From the NCBI GenBank assembly GCA_963756875.1, contig CAVWPA010000003.1, forward strand, positions 64,001 through 128,000: a DNA stretch of 64,000 nt, written 5' to 3'. The notes beneath the pieces are model-generated. The model made no database searches. It was not told where the DNA came from and saw only the letters and a program-made list of their open reading frames with translations. The first letter of the stretch is position 1. Each line of letters begins with the position of its first letter. This document shows, piece by piece, positions 1 to 9,979 of this stretch. This stretch comes from an uncultured Verrucomicrobiae bacterium. Its GTDB lineage: Bacteria > Verrucomicrobiota > Verrucomicrobiia > Chthoniobacterales > UBA10450. A program made the translations under genes and the position numbers.

Positions 1-1658
1 CCCGTCTCGTTGTCCTGGCAATAGGCATTGTTATTTCCATTCTGCGTCCGCCCAAATTCATCGCCACCACAGAGCATCGGAACGCCCTGCGACAAAAAGA
101 GTGTCGTGAGAAAGTTGCGGCGCTGCCGGCGGCGCAAAGCCTCGATCTTGGGATCGTCGGTGGGCCCTTCCGCACCGCAATTCCAGGAGTGGTTATCGTT
201 GTCGCCGTCGCGATTCTCTTCGCCGTTGGCTTCGTTATGTTTCTCGTTATAGCTGACAAGATCGTTGAGCGTGAATCCATCATGTGCAGTGATGAAATTA
301 ACGCTGGCGTACGGGCGGCGGCCGTTATGTTCGTAAAGCTCCGGACTGCCGGTTAATCGGTACGCGATCTCTCCAATGCGCCCTTCGTCGCCTCGCCAGT
401 AGCTGCGCACCGCGTCCCGATACTTCCCATTCCACTCCGACCAGAGCACCGGGAAGTTTCCCACCTGATACCCGCCATCGCCGACGTCCCACGGCTCGGC
501 GATTAGCTTCACCCGCGACACGACCGGGTCCTGATGAACCGCCTCGAAAAATGGATGCAATTTGTTGAAACCGCGCGAGTCGCGCGCGAGAGCCGAGGCA
601 AGATCGAAACGAAAACCATCCACGTGCATCTCAAGCACCCAGTAGCGCAAACTGTCCATCACCAGTTGGAGCGTGCGCGGGTGGGAAACGTCAACCGTGT
701 TGCCGGTGCCGGTATAATCGAGATAGAGCCGCGGGTTTTGCGGAGAGAGCCGGTAGTAGGCGCTGTTGTCGATACTGCGAAAACTGAGCGTCGGCCCGCG
801 ACGGTTTCCTTCCGCGGTGTGATTGTAAACCACATCGAGAATCACTTCGATCCCGGCCCCGTGCAGATTACGCACCATCGACTTGAACTCGGTCACCTGG
901 CCACCAAGCGAGCCGCTGCTGGAATACCCTGCGTGAGGCGCAAAGAAACCGAGTGTGTTGTATCCCCAGTAATTCGTCAGGCCGCGATCGATCAACGCCT
1001 TGTCGTGGATGTACGCGTGAACGGGCAAAAGCTCGATCGCGGTCACGCCGAGATTTTTTAAATAATCAATGGCCGCTGGACTACCAAGCCCGCCATACGT
1101 TCCGCGCAAGTTTTCCGGGACCTGCGGGCAAAGCTTTGTGAAACCTTTGACATGCATTTCATAGATGACCGAATCCGCCAACGGAATGGCCGGATGCCTG
1201 TCGCCACCCCAGTCAAAGGCCTGGTCGATCACGACCGATTTCGGCATTCCCCATGCGTCGTCACGAAAATCGCACGAAAGGTCCTCGCCGGGGTCGCCAA
1301 CAACATAGCCAAACATCTCGTCGCCCCAATTGACTTCGCCGGCGATCGCCTTTGCGTACGGATCGACCAGCAGTTTTGCACTGTTAAATCGCAGACCACG
1401 TTCCGGGTCGTACGGACCGGAAACACGGTAACCGTAAAGCTGACCGGGGCGCGCATCCGGCAGGAATACGTGCCACACCTGGTCGGTGCGTTCTGTCATC
1501 GGAACACGGATATTTTCCTGGCGCGCCTCGACGTGATCGAACAGGCAAAGATCGACACTGGTGGCCGATTTCGAGAAAAGCGCGAAATTCACGCCGTTTC
1601 CCATCCATGTGGCGCCGAGCGGATAGGGGTACCCGATCCAAGTCTTTACCGGAGTCAT
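1..1658 (-). CDS. glgX: Glycogen debranching enzyme, 3' end runs off the window
   Basis: Not in the ORF track. Manual minus-strand translation from ATG 1658 gives [41 protein letters not shown], and later GH13 motifs ([34 protein letters not shown]). Confidence 0.95.
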   Translation of the reverse strand, partial: MTPVKTWIGYPYPLGATWMGNGVNFALFSKSATSVDLCLFDHVEARQENIRVPMTERTDQVWHVFLPDARPGQLYGYRVSGPYDPERGLRFNSAKLLVDPYAKAIAGEVNWGDEMFGYVVGDPGEDLSCDFRDDAWGMPKSVVIDQAFDWGGDRHPAIPLADSVIYEMHVKGFTKLCPQVPENLRGTYGGLGSPAAIDYLKNLGVTAIELLPVHAYIHDKALIDRGLTNYWGYNTLGFFAPHAGYSSSGSLGGQVTEFKSMVRNLHGAGIEVILDVVYNHTAEGNRRGPTLSFRSIDNSAYYRLSPQNPRLYLDYTGTGNTVDVSHPRTLQLVMDSLRYWVLEMHVDGFRFDLASALARDSRGFNKLHPFFEAVHQDPVVSRVKLIAEPWDVGDGGYQVGNFPVLWSEWNGKYRDAVRSYWRGDEGRIGEIAYRLTGSPELYEHNGRRPYASVNFITAHDGFTLNDLVSYNEKHNEANGEENRDGDNDNHSWNCGAEGPTDDPKIEALRRRQRRNFLTTLFLSQGVPMLCGGDEFGRTQNGNNNAYCQDNET

Positions 1659-1764
1659 AAGTTAAGGCGGAGCGGTTCGGGGGACCGTCTCAGGCTGCGG
1701 GGAAACCATCAACGCCGAGCCTCGCGACGTCAATCATCTCCGCCGTGTTTGGAGTCCCGATTTG

Positions 1765-2184
1765 CTAAATGGCGCAATCTCGCAAGGCGCGCTGTGCCTT
1801 GTCCACATCGGACGGGCGCAGAATGATCGGCCCCTTCGGCGCGTTCGCGCTTGTCGCGAAATACGCGTATTCGATGTTAACTTCCGCGCGGGAGAGGCAA
1901 TCGGCGATCTTGCCCAGCACGCCCAGTTCGTTGGACGCGTCGATGATAAGAACATCGTTCTCGATCGCAAGCACGCCTCGTTCGCCAAGAAGCATGAGAG
2001 CTTTCGTCGGGTCGCTTACCACCATGCGCACGACGGAGTGATCGACCGTGTCCGAGACAGTGAGCGCGTGAATGTTGATACCGGCTTTGGCCAGCGCTTC
2101 GCATACGCGGACGAGGGCGCCGGGGCGATTCTCAAGGAAGACCGCGAGCTGCGTTGCTGTTTCAAAGGAGAGCTTCGAGTTCAT
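1765..2184 (-). CDS. ACT-domain protein (tandem ACT)
   Basis: QLAVFLENRPGAL...GINI and NELGVLGKIADCLSRAEVNIEYAY; start trimmed to MNSKLS. Confidence 0.85.
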   Translation of the reverse strand: MNSKLSFETATQLAVFLENRPGALVRVCEALAKAGINIHALTVSDTVDHSVVRMVVSDPTKALMLLGERGVLAIENDVLIIDASNELGVLGKIADCLSRAEVNIEYAYFATSANAPKGPIILRPSDVDKAQRALRDCAI

Positions 2185-2348
2185 GGTATTTTCAAGGTCG
2201 CGCGAGGCCGTGCTTCTGACAACCGGGCAAATTGAACGCGCGAAGCAGCATCGGTTCCAGATGAGGAACCGAGATTCCCGCCAAATAAACCCGCGCACTT
2301 TGCGGTTCATTGGTTATGGTGCGCCGCTATTGGACAAGTGATGAACCG

Positions 2349-3689
2349 ATGAAAGCCTCGACACTTTCCGCTTCCACACTAACGCCGGTCCCAGGTCGGA
2401 CCATAGGATTCGTCACAGCCTGCGCGATTGTCGTCGCCAACATCATCGGCACCGGCGTTTTCACCAGCCTGGGCTTTCAGGTGCGCGATATTCATTCCTT
2501 TTTCGCACTCATCATGCTCTGGGTCGTGGGCGGAATCGCCGCGCTCTGCGGCGCGCTTTCTTATGGCGAACTTGGTGCAGCTCTCCCTCGCTCGGGCGGC
2601 GAATATCATTTTCTCTCGAAAATTTATCATCCCGCCCTTGGTTTTATGGCCGGGATCGTTTCAGCCACGGTGGGATTTGCCGCGCCCATCGCGCTCGCGG
2701 CGATGGCTTTTGGCAAATATTTTCACGGCGTGTTCAATTTTGGTCCCCCGGCGATCCTCTCTTTCGCCGTCATCTGGGTCGTGGCGCTTTTCCATCTGCG
2801 AAATTTGCGCGTTGGCAGCGCTTTCCAAAATATCTGGACGCTCACTGAATTGCTCCTCATCGGCGCATTTATTACCGCCGGCTTGGTTGTCCAGCCAAAA
2901 CAGCCATTTACGCTTCTGCCGGCCCGTGGCGATATCGCCCCGATATTCGGCGCGCCGTTCGCGGTGGCCCTGGTTTACGTAATGTATTCCTACTCTGGAT
3001 GGAATGCCGCCACCTACATCACGGGCGAAATCCGGCAACCAGGCAAAAACCTTCCCCGCGCGCTTTTTGCCAGCACCGCGCTTGTGATGGTGATTTATGT
3101 GCTTTTAAACGGCGTTTTTTTAGCCGCAACGCCCCAAAATGAACTAAGCGGTCAATTGGAAGTCGGTTTGATTGCCGGCAAGCACATTTTCGGAGCAAAC
3201 GGCGCCCGGGTCGCTGGCGGAGTCATTTGCATCGGACTTATTTCCGCGATCAGTTCCATGACATGGATCGGCCCGCGGGTGACCATGTCGATGGGCGAAG
3301 ACTATCGGCTCCTCCGCTGGCTTGCCCGCAAAAACACCGAGGGCGTCCCGGGGTACGCAATCGGCCTGCAACTGCTCATCACGACTTTGCTCCTGCTTAT
3401 AGGAAGCTTCGAGTTTGTCGTCATTTACATTCAATTCACTTTGCTCCTCTGCTCGCTGCTCACAGTTCTCGGTGTCATCGTCTTGCGGACCAGCCACCCG
3501 GAAATCGCCCGTCCCTATCGGGTATGGGCCTACCCTCTGCCACCTCTCGTCTTTGCCACTATCGCGATTTGGATGATGGTTTATCTGTTGCGCTCGCACC
3601 CCGTCGAATCGTTCTTCGCTCTCGTCACCATGTCTGCCGGGTTCGCCCTCTATTTTTTCGCCGGGAAAGATCGCGGCGGCCAACAATGA
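2349..3689 (+). CDS. APC-family amino acid permease
   Basis: NIIGTGVF, YGELGAALPRSGGEY and YSYSGWN motifs; about 12 hydrophobic segments. Confidence 0.9.
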   Translation: MKASTLSASTLTPVPGRTIGFVTACAIVVANIIGTGVFTSLGFQVRDIHSFFALIMLWVVGGIAALCGALSYGELGAALPRSGGEYHFLSKIYHPALGFMAGIVSATVGFAAPIALAAMAFGKYFHGVFNFGPPAILSFAVIWVVALFHLRNLRVGSAFQNIWTLTELLLIGAFITAGLVVQPKQPFTLLPARGDIAPIFGAPFAVALVYVMYSYSGWNAATYITGEIRQPGKNLPRALFASTALVMVIYVLLNGVFLAATPQNELSGQLEVGLIAGKHIFGANGARVAGGVICIGLISAISSMTWIGPRVTMSMGEDYRLLRWLARKNTEGVPGYAIGLQLLITTLLLLIGSFEFVVIYIQFTLLLCSLLTVLGVIVLRTSHPEIARPYRVWAYPLPPLVFATIAIWMMVYLLRSHPVESFFALVTMSAGFALYFFAGKDRGGQQ

Positions 3690-4795
3690 GAAAACAATCC
3701 TTTATCACGCTGTCCGCAGCGGCCGGATTATTAATCTGCCTCGTGGCAGCCGGCGCATCCGCCCGGAATTTGGTCCCGGCCGGTGCTCCGCCTCCGAACG
3801 ACACCGCCCGTTTTCTCGCCGGGATGCCGCCCCCGAAAAAGTCACCGCTGAAGCCGCTGACGCAAAACCCGGCCTGGCAGGCGCATGCCGTTACGTTCGA
3901 GAAGGCGTTTGCCAAGCTCAACGTGCGCCAGCTACCCAAATTGCACCAATGGGAGGCGGCTTATCTTCCCGAGGCCGCTCAATCGATACCAGTCGCATTC
4001 TATATGTTCAGCGGGCCGGACTTTCTTTATGTCGATCAATTCTATCCCGGGGCCGACGTTTACGTTCTTTGCGGCAAGGAAGCGATCGGGCCGGCGCCAG
4101 ATCCGCTGCACGCAGCGGATCTGGCAAGCGCGCTGCACAATCTGGAAGACGCGATGCACTCCTCCCTGCGCTTCAGCTTTTTTATCACCAAAGATATGAA
4201 GGTCGATTTACGGTCGCAGGAGCTTAAGGGGACGCTTCCTATTCTTTACGTCTTCCTCGCGCGCGCCAACAAGTTCATCAATGAGGTGGCCTTTGTTTCC
4301 TTGGGCGGCAATGGCGTCGTCCAGGAAGGCCGTGGAGGCGGGACACCTGGAGTGAGAATCCGATATACCGATAATCGAACGGGCGCTCACCAAACGCTCT
4401 TCTACTTTACAACCGATATTTCCGACGGCGGCATCAGTTCGGGCCCCGGTTTTCTCAAGTTTTGCGATCGCCTCGGCGTCGGGTGCAGTCTTCTCAAGTC
4501 ATCTTCCTATCTCATGTTCGAAGAGGGCTTCGCGCGGATCCGCAATTTTATTCTCGATCACAGCAAGATCATCATTCAGGACGACGCCGGAATTCCTATC
4601 TCCCATTTCAACCGCGACAAATGGAACATCCGCCTGTTTGGCAACTACATTGGTCCCATCGAAATTTTCAAACAATTCTATCAACCGAAATTGCAGGAGC
4701 TTTACGAGCAAAGCAATCCGCCGCCGATCCAGTTCAACTTCGGGTACCGTTGGAACTACAAGCAGAGCAACCTGATCGTGGCCCAGCGATACTGA
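3686..4795 (+). CDS. Uncharacterised exported protein
   Basis: Signal-like N-terminus MRKQSFITLSAAAGLLICLVAAGASA; ATGA overlap with the permease stop; motifs YMFSGPDFLY, FSFFITKDM, LLKSSSYLM. Confidence 0.75.
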   Translation: MRKQSFITLSAAAGLLICLVAAGASARNLVPAGAPPPNDTARFLAGMPPPKKSPLKPLTQNPAWQAHAVTFEKAFAKLNVRQLPKLHQWEAAYLPEAAQSIPVAFYMFSGPDFLYVDQFYPGADVYVLCGKEAIGPAPDPLHAADLASALHNLEDAMHSSLRFSFFITKDMKVDLRSQELKGTLPILYVFLARANKFINEVAFVSLGGNGVVQEGRGGGTPGVRIRYTDNRTGAHQTLFYFTTDISDGGISSGPGFLKFCDRLGVGCSLLKSSSYLMFEEGFARIRNFILDHSKIIIQDDAGIPISHFNRDKWNIRLFGNYIGPIEIFKQFYQPKLQELYEQSNPPPIQFNFGYRWNYKQSNLIVAQRY

Positions 4796-4920
4796 GGTGC
4801 GATTCCAAGAAATCAAGTTGACGCCGGCATCATCAACGTTCTCAACCGTCAGAAACCAAAATCGCGTCGGAGCAGATCACTCCCGTTCAGGTACAATCAG
4901 CGAGGACGCGTGTCAAGAAC

Positions 4921-5020
4921 ATACCCGCTCGGGTATAAAATATCCAATTGAATGTCTGTATTATACCCTATAAGGTATAACCGTAATGAGTAAAACCCAT
5001 AAGAATACCCTTTCGGGTAT
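4921..5020. promoter_or_regulatory. Three 16-bp palindromic operators, ATACC(C)-N-(G)GGTAT
   Basis: ATACCCGCTCGGGTAT (4921-4936), ATACCCTATAAGGTAT (4963-4978) and ATACCCTTTCGGGTAT (5005-5020), in an AT-rich stretch at the start of the HTH gene. Confidence 0.8.
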
Positions 5021-5219
5021 AGCAGCGACATTGAAAGGACTGCGCGCCAAAGCCAACCTTACCCAAGAGGAGTTAGCCAGACGCAGCGGGGTCGGGCTAC
5101 GTTTTGTCCGCGAAGTCGAGCAGGGGAAAGCAACGGTCCGGTTGGACAAGGTCGATCAAGTGCTGGCGCTTTTCGGTTATCACCTAGAGGCGGTGAAGGA
5201 TCGTGAAATCTCTGCGTAA
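4986..5219 (+). CDS. hipB: XRE helix-turn-helix regulator, y4mF/HipB-like
   Basis: LTQEELARRSGVGLRFVREVEQGKATVRLDKVDQVLALFG. Confidence 0.85.
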   Translation: MSKTHKNTLSGIAATLKGLRAKANLTQEELARRSGVGLRFVREVEQGKATVRLDKVDQVLALFGYHLEAVKDREISA

Positions 5220-5517
5220 AGCCAATGTGATGTTCAAGGAGACGATGGCCGGTGTCGTCGAGGAGATCGATGCCGGTTACCGTTTCACGTACAATCCGAA
5301 CTTCTTAAAAAGCGGCGAACCGATCGCGGTGGCATTTCCGTTGCAAGCCGAGCCGTACGAGAGCCGGACGCTCTTTCCATTTTTCAAGGGTCTCTTGCCC
5401 GAAGGTTGGTACCGCGAAGTCGTCTGCCAGACGCTAAAGATCGATCCGAAGGATGAATTTGGTCTGCTGGTCAAAGCCTGCGGAGATTGCATCGGAGCAG
5501 TCTGGATTAGGCCATGA
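5203..5517 (+). CDS. Stand-alone HipA N-terminal domain protein (HipS-like)
   Basis: YRFTY...PIAVAFPL...LFPFFKGLLPEGW...DCIGAV; overlaps both neighbours. Confidence 0.85.
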   Translation: MKSLRKANVMFKETMAGVVEEIDAGYRFTYNPNFLKSGEPIAVAFPLQAEPYESRTLFPFFKGLLPEGWYREVVCQTLKIDPKDEFGLLVKACGDCIGAVWIRP

Positions 5518-6428
5518 CGAACGACTGCGACATTTGCGGAAAAACATCTGAAGGAGAGAGCCGTTATCACCCTACCTGTTTGCGTCGATTGTTCGGCACG
5601 CCGTCGCTTCCCTTTATAGAACTGAGCCATGCCGAGGTGCTGGCCAGGGCGCAGGAAATGGCCGGGCGTATGTCGATCTCGGGCGTACAACCGAAGCTCT
5701 CGATGTCGCGGCAGGGTTCGCGCCTGATCCCTGTGGCGGACGGTGGACAATTTATCCTCAAACCGCAGACCGAGCGGTTCCCGCTGCTGCCGCAGAACGA
5801 GAACCTGTGCATGACTATTGCGGAGCGAATGGGCATTGACGTGCCGCCGCACGGCCTGTTCGACCTGCGGGATGGTTCGCCGGCTTACATCGTTCGCCGG
5901 TTTGATCGGGCAGCGAGTGGACAAAAACTGCGTTGTGAAGATTTCCTCCAGATTCTCGGCGAGGACGACAAGTATTCAGGGTCCGTCGAACAAATCGGGA
6001 AGAAGATTCGGGAATTATCGAGCGTGCCCGGTTTGGACGCGCAGCTCTTCTTTGAGCGAGTGCTGTTGAATTTTTTGCTCGGCAACGGCGACGCGCATCT
6101 GAAGAACTTCTCGCTGCTCGAAAGCGCGGATGGGCAATTGCGGCTATCTCCAGCCTACGACATTGTCTGTTCCAAGGCGGTCATTCCGAAAGAAACGGAT
6201 TTTGCGATCACGCTGAATGGGAAATCGGACAAAATAACGCGGCGAGATTTCGAAAAGTTTAGCGAAGTATTGAAAATCCCGCCGAAAGTTGTGGCGGACA
6301 TTTTCCAGCGTTTCGGCAAGGGCCATTCGATGATCTTGGAAGAGATTTCGCGTTCGCGTTTTTCGGCCGAGCCGAAGGAAAAGATGCAGCGCGTCGCGGA
6401 GGAAAGACGGAAAAGAATCTTCGGTTAA
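5514..6428 (+). CDS. HipA-family Ser/Thr kinase toxin (HipT-like)
   Basis: MSISGVQPKL Gly-rich loop, YIVRRFDR, EDF, GNGDAHLKNFS and LSPAYD. Confidence 0.9.
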   Translation: MTNDCDICGKTSEGESRYHPTCLRRLFGTPSLPFIELSHAEVLARAQEMAGRMSISGVQPKLSMSRQGSRLIPVADGGQFILKPQTERFPLLPQNENLCMTIAERMGIDVPPHGLFDLRDGSPAYIVRRFDRAASGQKLRCEDFLQILGEDDKYSGSVEQIGKKIRELSSVPGLDAQLFFERVLLNFLLGNGDAHLKNFSLLESADGQLRLSPAYDIVCSKAVIPKETDFAITLNGKSDKITRRDFEKFSEVLKIPPKVVADIFQRFGKGHSMILEEISRSRFSAEPKEKMQRVAEERRKRIFG

Positions 6429-6445
6429 ACCTTATGGCAGTCAGC

Positions 6446-6640
6446 CTCGTCTGGCACACGCGGGAGATCGGGCAAGACCTTCACCATGATCACCGCCGCA
6501 CGGGCTGATTCTGGAGCTGAAAGACATTTTCAAAACGTCGACAGTGTTGCTGGTGGTGGACCGGAACGAACTGGAAGGTCAACTGACGGGATGGGTGGAG
6601 CGGTTGTCGGGCAAGTTGAGCAGCCGGGATATCAAGATCT
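6446..6640 (+). pseudogene. hsdR: Fragment of a type I restriction enzyme R subunit
   Basis: Across two frameshifts it reads LVWHT../[39 protein letters not shown], the HsdR helicase motifs I and Ia. Confidence 0.7.
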
Positions 6641-6658
6641 GCGCCGCTCGGATGAGCC

Positions 6659-7819
6659 TCACTCCTGGAAACGACGGAACCAGGAATACGGAAAACGGTC
6701 TCCCGGGCAATCCGTGGACCAGCGCGGCGGGTTGATTTGCCGGTGCGGTTCTACAATCGGATAATGGTTGCCAACTTTTCCGCATCTCTGGCGAAGGTAG
6801 CGAATTAACTCTTCGCACGATTCGAGTTGCGCCCGCGACGGCAAGTCCCGGTTGAAATCGCCGACCAGGCAAATGCCGAGTGCGATGTTGTTCAGATAAT
6901 CGCTGTGCACGTGACCGCCGTTGATCTGGCGCCGCCAGCGATCGCCTATCTCGATCTGGCCGTTACCTGTGGATGACCCGTTGCCGATGACAAAATGATA
7001 CGCCAGCCCATTTGGCATGTGGCGTACGTGCCGATGGTAGTAATCGAAGACACGGGCATTGCCCTGTCGCGTGCCGCTGTTGTGCACCACGATGTATTTC
7101 CATCGACCGCGTCTCACCGGCGCCCGGTCGATTTCCGCCCGCACGGATCGCGTCAGATAACGGTAACCGCCGCGATTGCTTTCCTCTACGCCAAAAAGCC
7201 TGGCCCAAAAGCCGCGCGGCTTCTCGTATCCGTATTTCTGAATGGTCAGTTGCTCAGGTTCCTGGCGCGGACCAGCAATCCGCGACCCTGGCTGAGGCGG
7301 GAGCGACGGAGACGCGACGGGGACCGCGCGCACCGCCGGAGCAGCGCGGCGCGCAACCGGTGTTTCGGAAGGTTTGGGCGCGGGAGTTCTCCGCCGGGTC
7401 TCTTCATCGCTCGAAGTTCGCCTTTTTCTCTTTCGTTCTGCCGTCGTTTTCTTTGATGCGTGTTTTTTTTCTGCGGATTTCGATCTGGCATGCCGGTGTG
7501 GCGTCTTTTCCGGCTCGGGCGTCGCTTCTTCCGATCTTTTTTTCGCTTTCGTCTTCGTCTTGTGTTTCGGTGCGGGCGAAGAAGATTTCGATTTGTGGTG
7601 AGCAGCTTTGCTTTTTCGACTCGGACTCGGCGATTCCTCAGATGATGCCGTGGCGGCTGCGCGGGCCTTGAGGAATTCTGCGCGCTTCTGCTTTTCCTCG
7701 TCGCTTAGTTGCGCGTGTAAGAGCGTGCAGGCCAGCCCACTGAGGACCAGCGCGACAGCAAACCAGAACCGGACACGCACCACTACTACGCAGCGTAACA
7801 GAGCATGCCGCGTGATCAA
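6659..7819 (-). CDS. N-acetylmuramoyl-L-alanine amidase (Amidase_2/PGRP-like) with a long Lys/Ser-rich linker
   Basis: [26 protein letters not shown] and TDCPG; start uncertain. Confidence 0.85.
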   Translation of the reverse strand: MITRHALLRCVVVVRVRFWFAVALVLSGLACTLLHAQLSDEEKQKRAEFLKARAAATASSEESPSPSRKSKAAHHKSKSSSPAPKHKTKTKAKKRSEEATPEPEKTPHRHARSKSAEKKHASKKTTAERKRKRRTSSDEETRRRTPAPKPSETPVARRAAPAVRAVPVASPSLPPQPGSRIAGPRQEPEQLTIQKYGYEKPRGFWARLFGVEESNRGGYRYLTRSVRAEIDRAPVRRGRWKYIVVHNSGTRQGNARVFDYYHRHVRHMPNGLAYHFVIGNGSSTGNGQIEIGDRWRRQINGGHVHSDYLNNIALGICLVGDFNRDLPSRAQLESCEELIRYLRQRCGKVGNHYPIVEPHRQINPPRWSTDCPGDRFPYSWFRRFQE

Positions 7820-7879
7820 CCCCGAAGGCCTCTGCGATAAAACCCCGGGATTCTCGAATCACTCCGAAGAGGTTCGAAA

Positions 7880-8774
7880 TTATGTGGCCGGAGCGGGCTC
7901 GGTCGAAGCGGGCGGCGAGGCTGCGCACCGGCGTTGGCGTTCCTGAAGCAAAATGGAATTTAATTTGCCGCCCAGCAGCAGGAACAAACAGGTGAGATAC
8001 GTCCACGTCAGCAACATGATGATCGACGCAAGCGCCAGATAAGTCGGATTGTAGCGATCTGTACTTTTCAACGTAGAGCTGGAAAAGTTTCGTCACTACA
8101 ATCCAGCCAATGGAAAAAAAGACCGCGCCGGGCAACGCCTGCCGGGCCGTGAGATGTTTTTCAGGCGCAAGAAGGTAAAGAACCATTGCAAACCAGATCA
8201 AGGCCAATCCGATAAAAGGCAGATTCAGAGCGGCGACCCATTGCTGCAGCGGCACGCTCAGTTGAAAATTAACTTCCGCGATGCCGGCAAGCGTTTCGCC
8301 AAACACCATGGCGTTGAAACAAAACAGGATCACGATGCCGAACCAAAACAGCAGGAAAAATGAAACGATATATTTCGACCACCAGTTGCGAGCTTGATGT
8401 ACGCCCTGTGTCTGGCTCAATGCCCGCGCGATCGTCGCGATAAAAACAGTGCCCAGATAGATTCCGAAAATAATTCCGACATTCGCGAGGATCCCGCTCG
8501 AGCCGGTCACGACCACGCTGGCAACCGCCGCGTCCAGAATGTCCTGCACCCTGGGGTCGGGTGGCAAAAAACCCTTCAGCACGGAGAACATTCCATGCAG
8601 CTTCCCGGGATCGGTGCCGAAAAGACCGAGCAGATGCCACAGAAAAAGCATCACGAACGGAAGAGCCAGCAACAACTGGTAAGCAATTTGCGCGGCCAGG
8701 CCGGGCGTATTATCGGTCGCTGTCTCCCAAACCAGGCGCCGGCAAATTCTCCAGATAGAACGCAGAATTTTCAC
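7880..8774 (-). CDS. YihY/BrkB-family membrane protein, +1 frameshift near 8060
   Basis: LAAQIAYQLLLALPF, ALPGAVF, then YNPTYLALASIIMLLTWTYL...LLGGKLN in the next frame. Confidence 0.8.
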
Positions 8775-8857
8775 GCGACTCAGAGTTTACTTTGCCCGCT
8801 CCAAATATCCATTAACTTGCGCTTCCTTTTTGCTCCTCCTCATCGCCTTTGCCTAAC

Positions 8858-9934
8858 GTGAAAATCCTTATCCTCAGCGCCGGCTTTGGCGAAGGACATA
8901 ATAGCGCCGCGCGCGGCATCCGGGACGCTCTGGCCCGCGTCGCGCCAGGCGCGGAGACTGAATTGCGCGATCTCTTTGCCGAAACCTATCCCTGGATCAA
9001 CGAGCGCGTGCGCCGTGCTTATGCAGGGCTCATCAACCGGTGGCCCCGCACGTGGGGACTTGTCTATCGGTGGCTCGATCGGAAAAAAGACTTCGACCGG
9101 AATTTTGCGCGTTTCCAAGCTCTCAAAGATTGTCTCGCGTTGCTGCTCGCGAGCTTTCAACCCGATGTTGTCGTTTCCACCTTTCCGCCTTTCCCATATT
9201 TTTTACGGCAGGTCTCAGGACAAAATCCGCGCTACAGAAACGTGGCAGTCGTAACCGACTCCATTACGGTCAATGCAATCTGGTATCGTTCCCCGGCCGA
9301 TTATTTCCTCGTCCCAAACGAGCAAAGCGCCGCCATAGTTCACGCCGGTGGCGTTGCCCCCGAAAAAATCAAGGTCTTCGGATTCCCGGTTAACCCAAAA
9401 TTCGCCGATCTTGCGCCAGAGCAGCAGTCATCTCTGCCGTCACGACCGCGGATCCTTTACATGATCAACGCCGGCACACACCGCGCGCCGGAACTGATCA
9501 GCCGCCTGCTTGATCTCGAGATTCAGCTGACCGCAACAACCGGTCGCGACGAAAAACTCCGGCGCGCGGTTGAAGGCGCAGCCGGCGATCGCAAGATCGA
9601 CATTGTCGGCTGGACCGATCAGCTCCCGCGCATTCTCTGCGAAAGTCATTTGCTCATCGGCAAGGCCGGCGGCGCAACCGTCCAGGAAACCATCGCCGCC
9701 AGCTGTCCCATGATCATCAATCACGTCGTCTCTGGACAGGAGGAAGGCAACGCGCGCTTGATCGTCGAAACGAATTCCGGCGCGATGGCGCGCTCGAACG
9801 ACGAAGTCATCGAGCAAGTCGAACGCGCATTCGCGAACGACGGCGCGCGTTGGCGCCAATGGAAAAAGAACATCAGCGCACTCAGCCGACCACGGGCGTC
9901 ACTCGATATCGCGGAGTTCCTCATTTCGCTGTAA
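8858..9934 (+). CDS. MGDG synthase/UgtP-like glycosyltransferase (GT28)
   Basis: ILSAGFGEGHNSAA, VVTD, KAGGATVQE and GQEEGNA. Confidence 0.9.
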   Translation: MKILILSAGFGEGHNSAARGIRDALARVAPGAETELRDLFAETYPWINERVRRAYAGLINRWPRTWGLVYRWLDRKKDFDRNFARFQALKDCLALLLASFQPDVVVSTFPPFPYFLRQVSGQNPRYRNVAVVTDSITVNAIWYRSPADYFLVPNEQSAAIVHAGGVAPEKIKVFGFPVNPKFADLAPEQQSSLPSRPRILYMINAGTHRAPELISRLLDLEIQLTATTGRDEKLRRAVEGAAGDRKIDIVGWTDQLPRILCESHLLIGKAGGATVQETIAASCPMIINHVVSGQEEGNARLIVETNSGAMARSNDEVIEQVERAFANDGARWRQWKKNISALSRPRASLDIAEFLISL

Positions 9935-9944
9935 CTTGATTCAA

Positions 9945-9979
9945 GGAGCGGCGCCTTCCAGCCCCGAAGGCGCTCGGGG
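9945..9979. repeat. GGAG-type REP half with an 18-nt CCCCGAA-N4-YTCGGGG hairpin
   Basis: GGAGCGGCGCCTTCCAG followed by CCCCGAAGGCGCTCGGGG; the same hairpin type recurs at 51895-51912. Confidence 0.45.

Noticed and set aside
534..1826. Plus-strand ORFs of 175 and 224 aa
   Set aside because: Antisense shadows of glgX, which is missing from the ORF track only because it has no stop in the window.
4796..4920. Possible second gene relic left of the TA module
   Set aside because: The translation has no motif I can assign.
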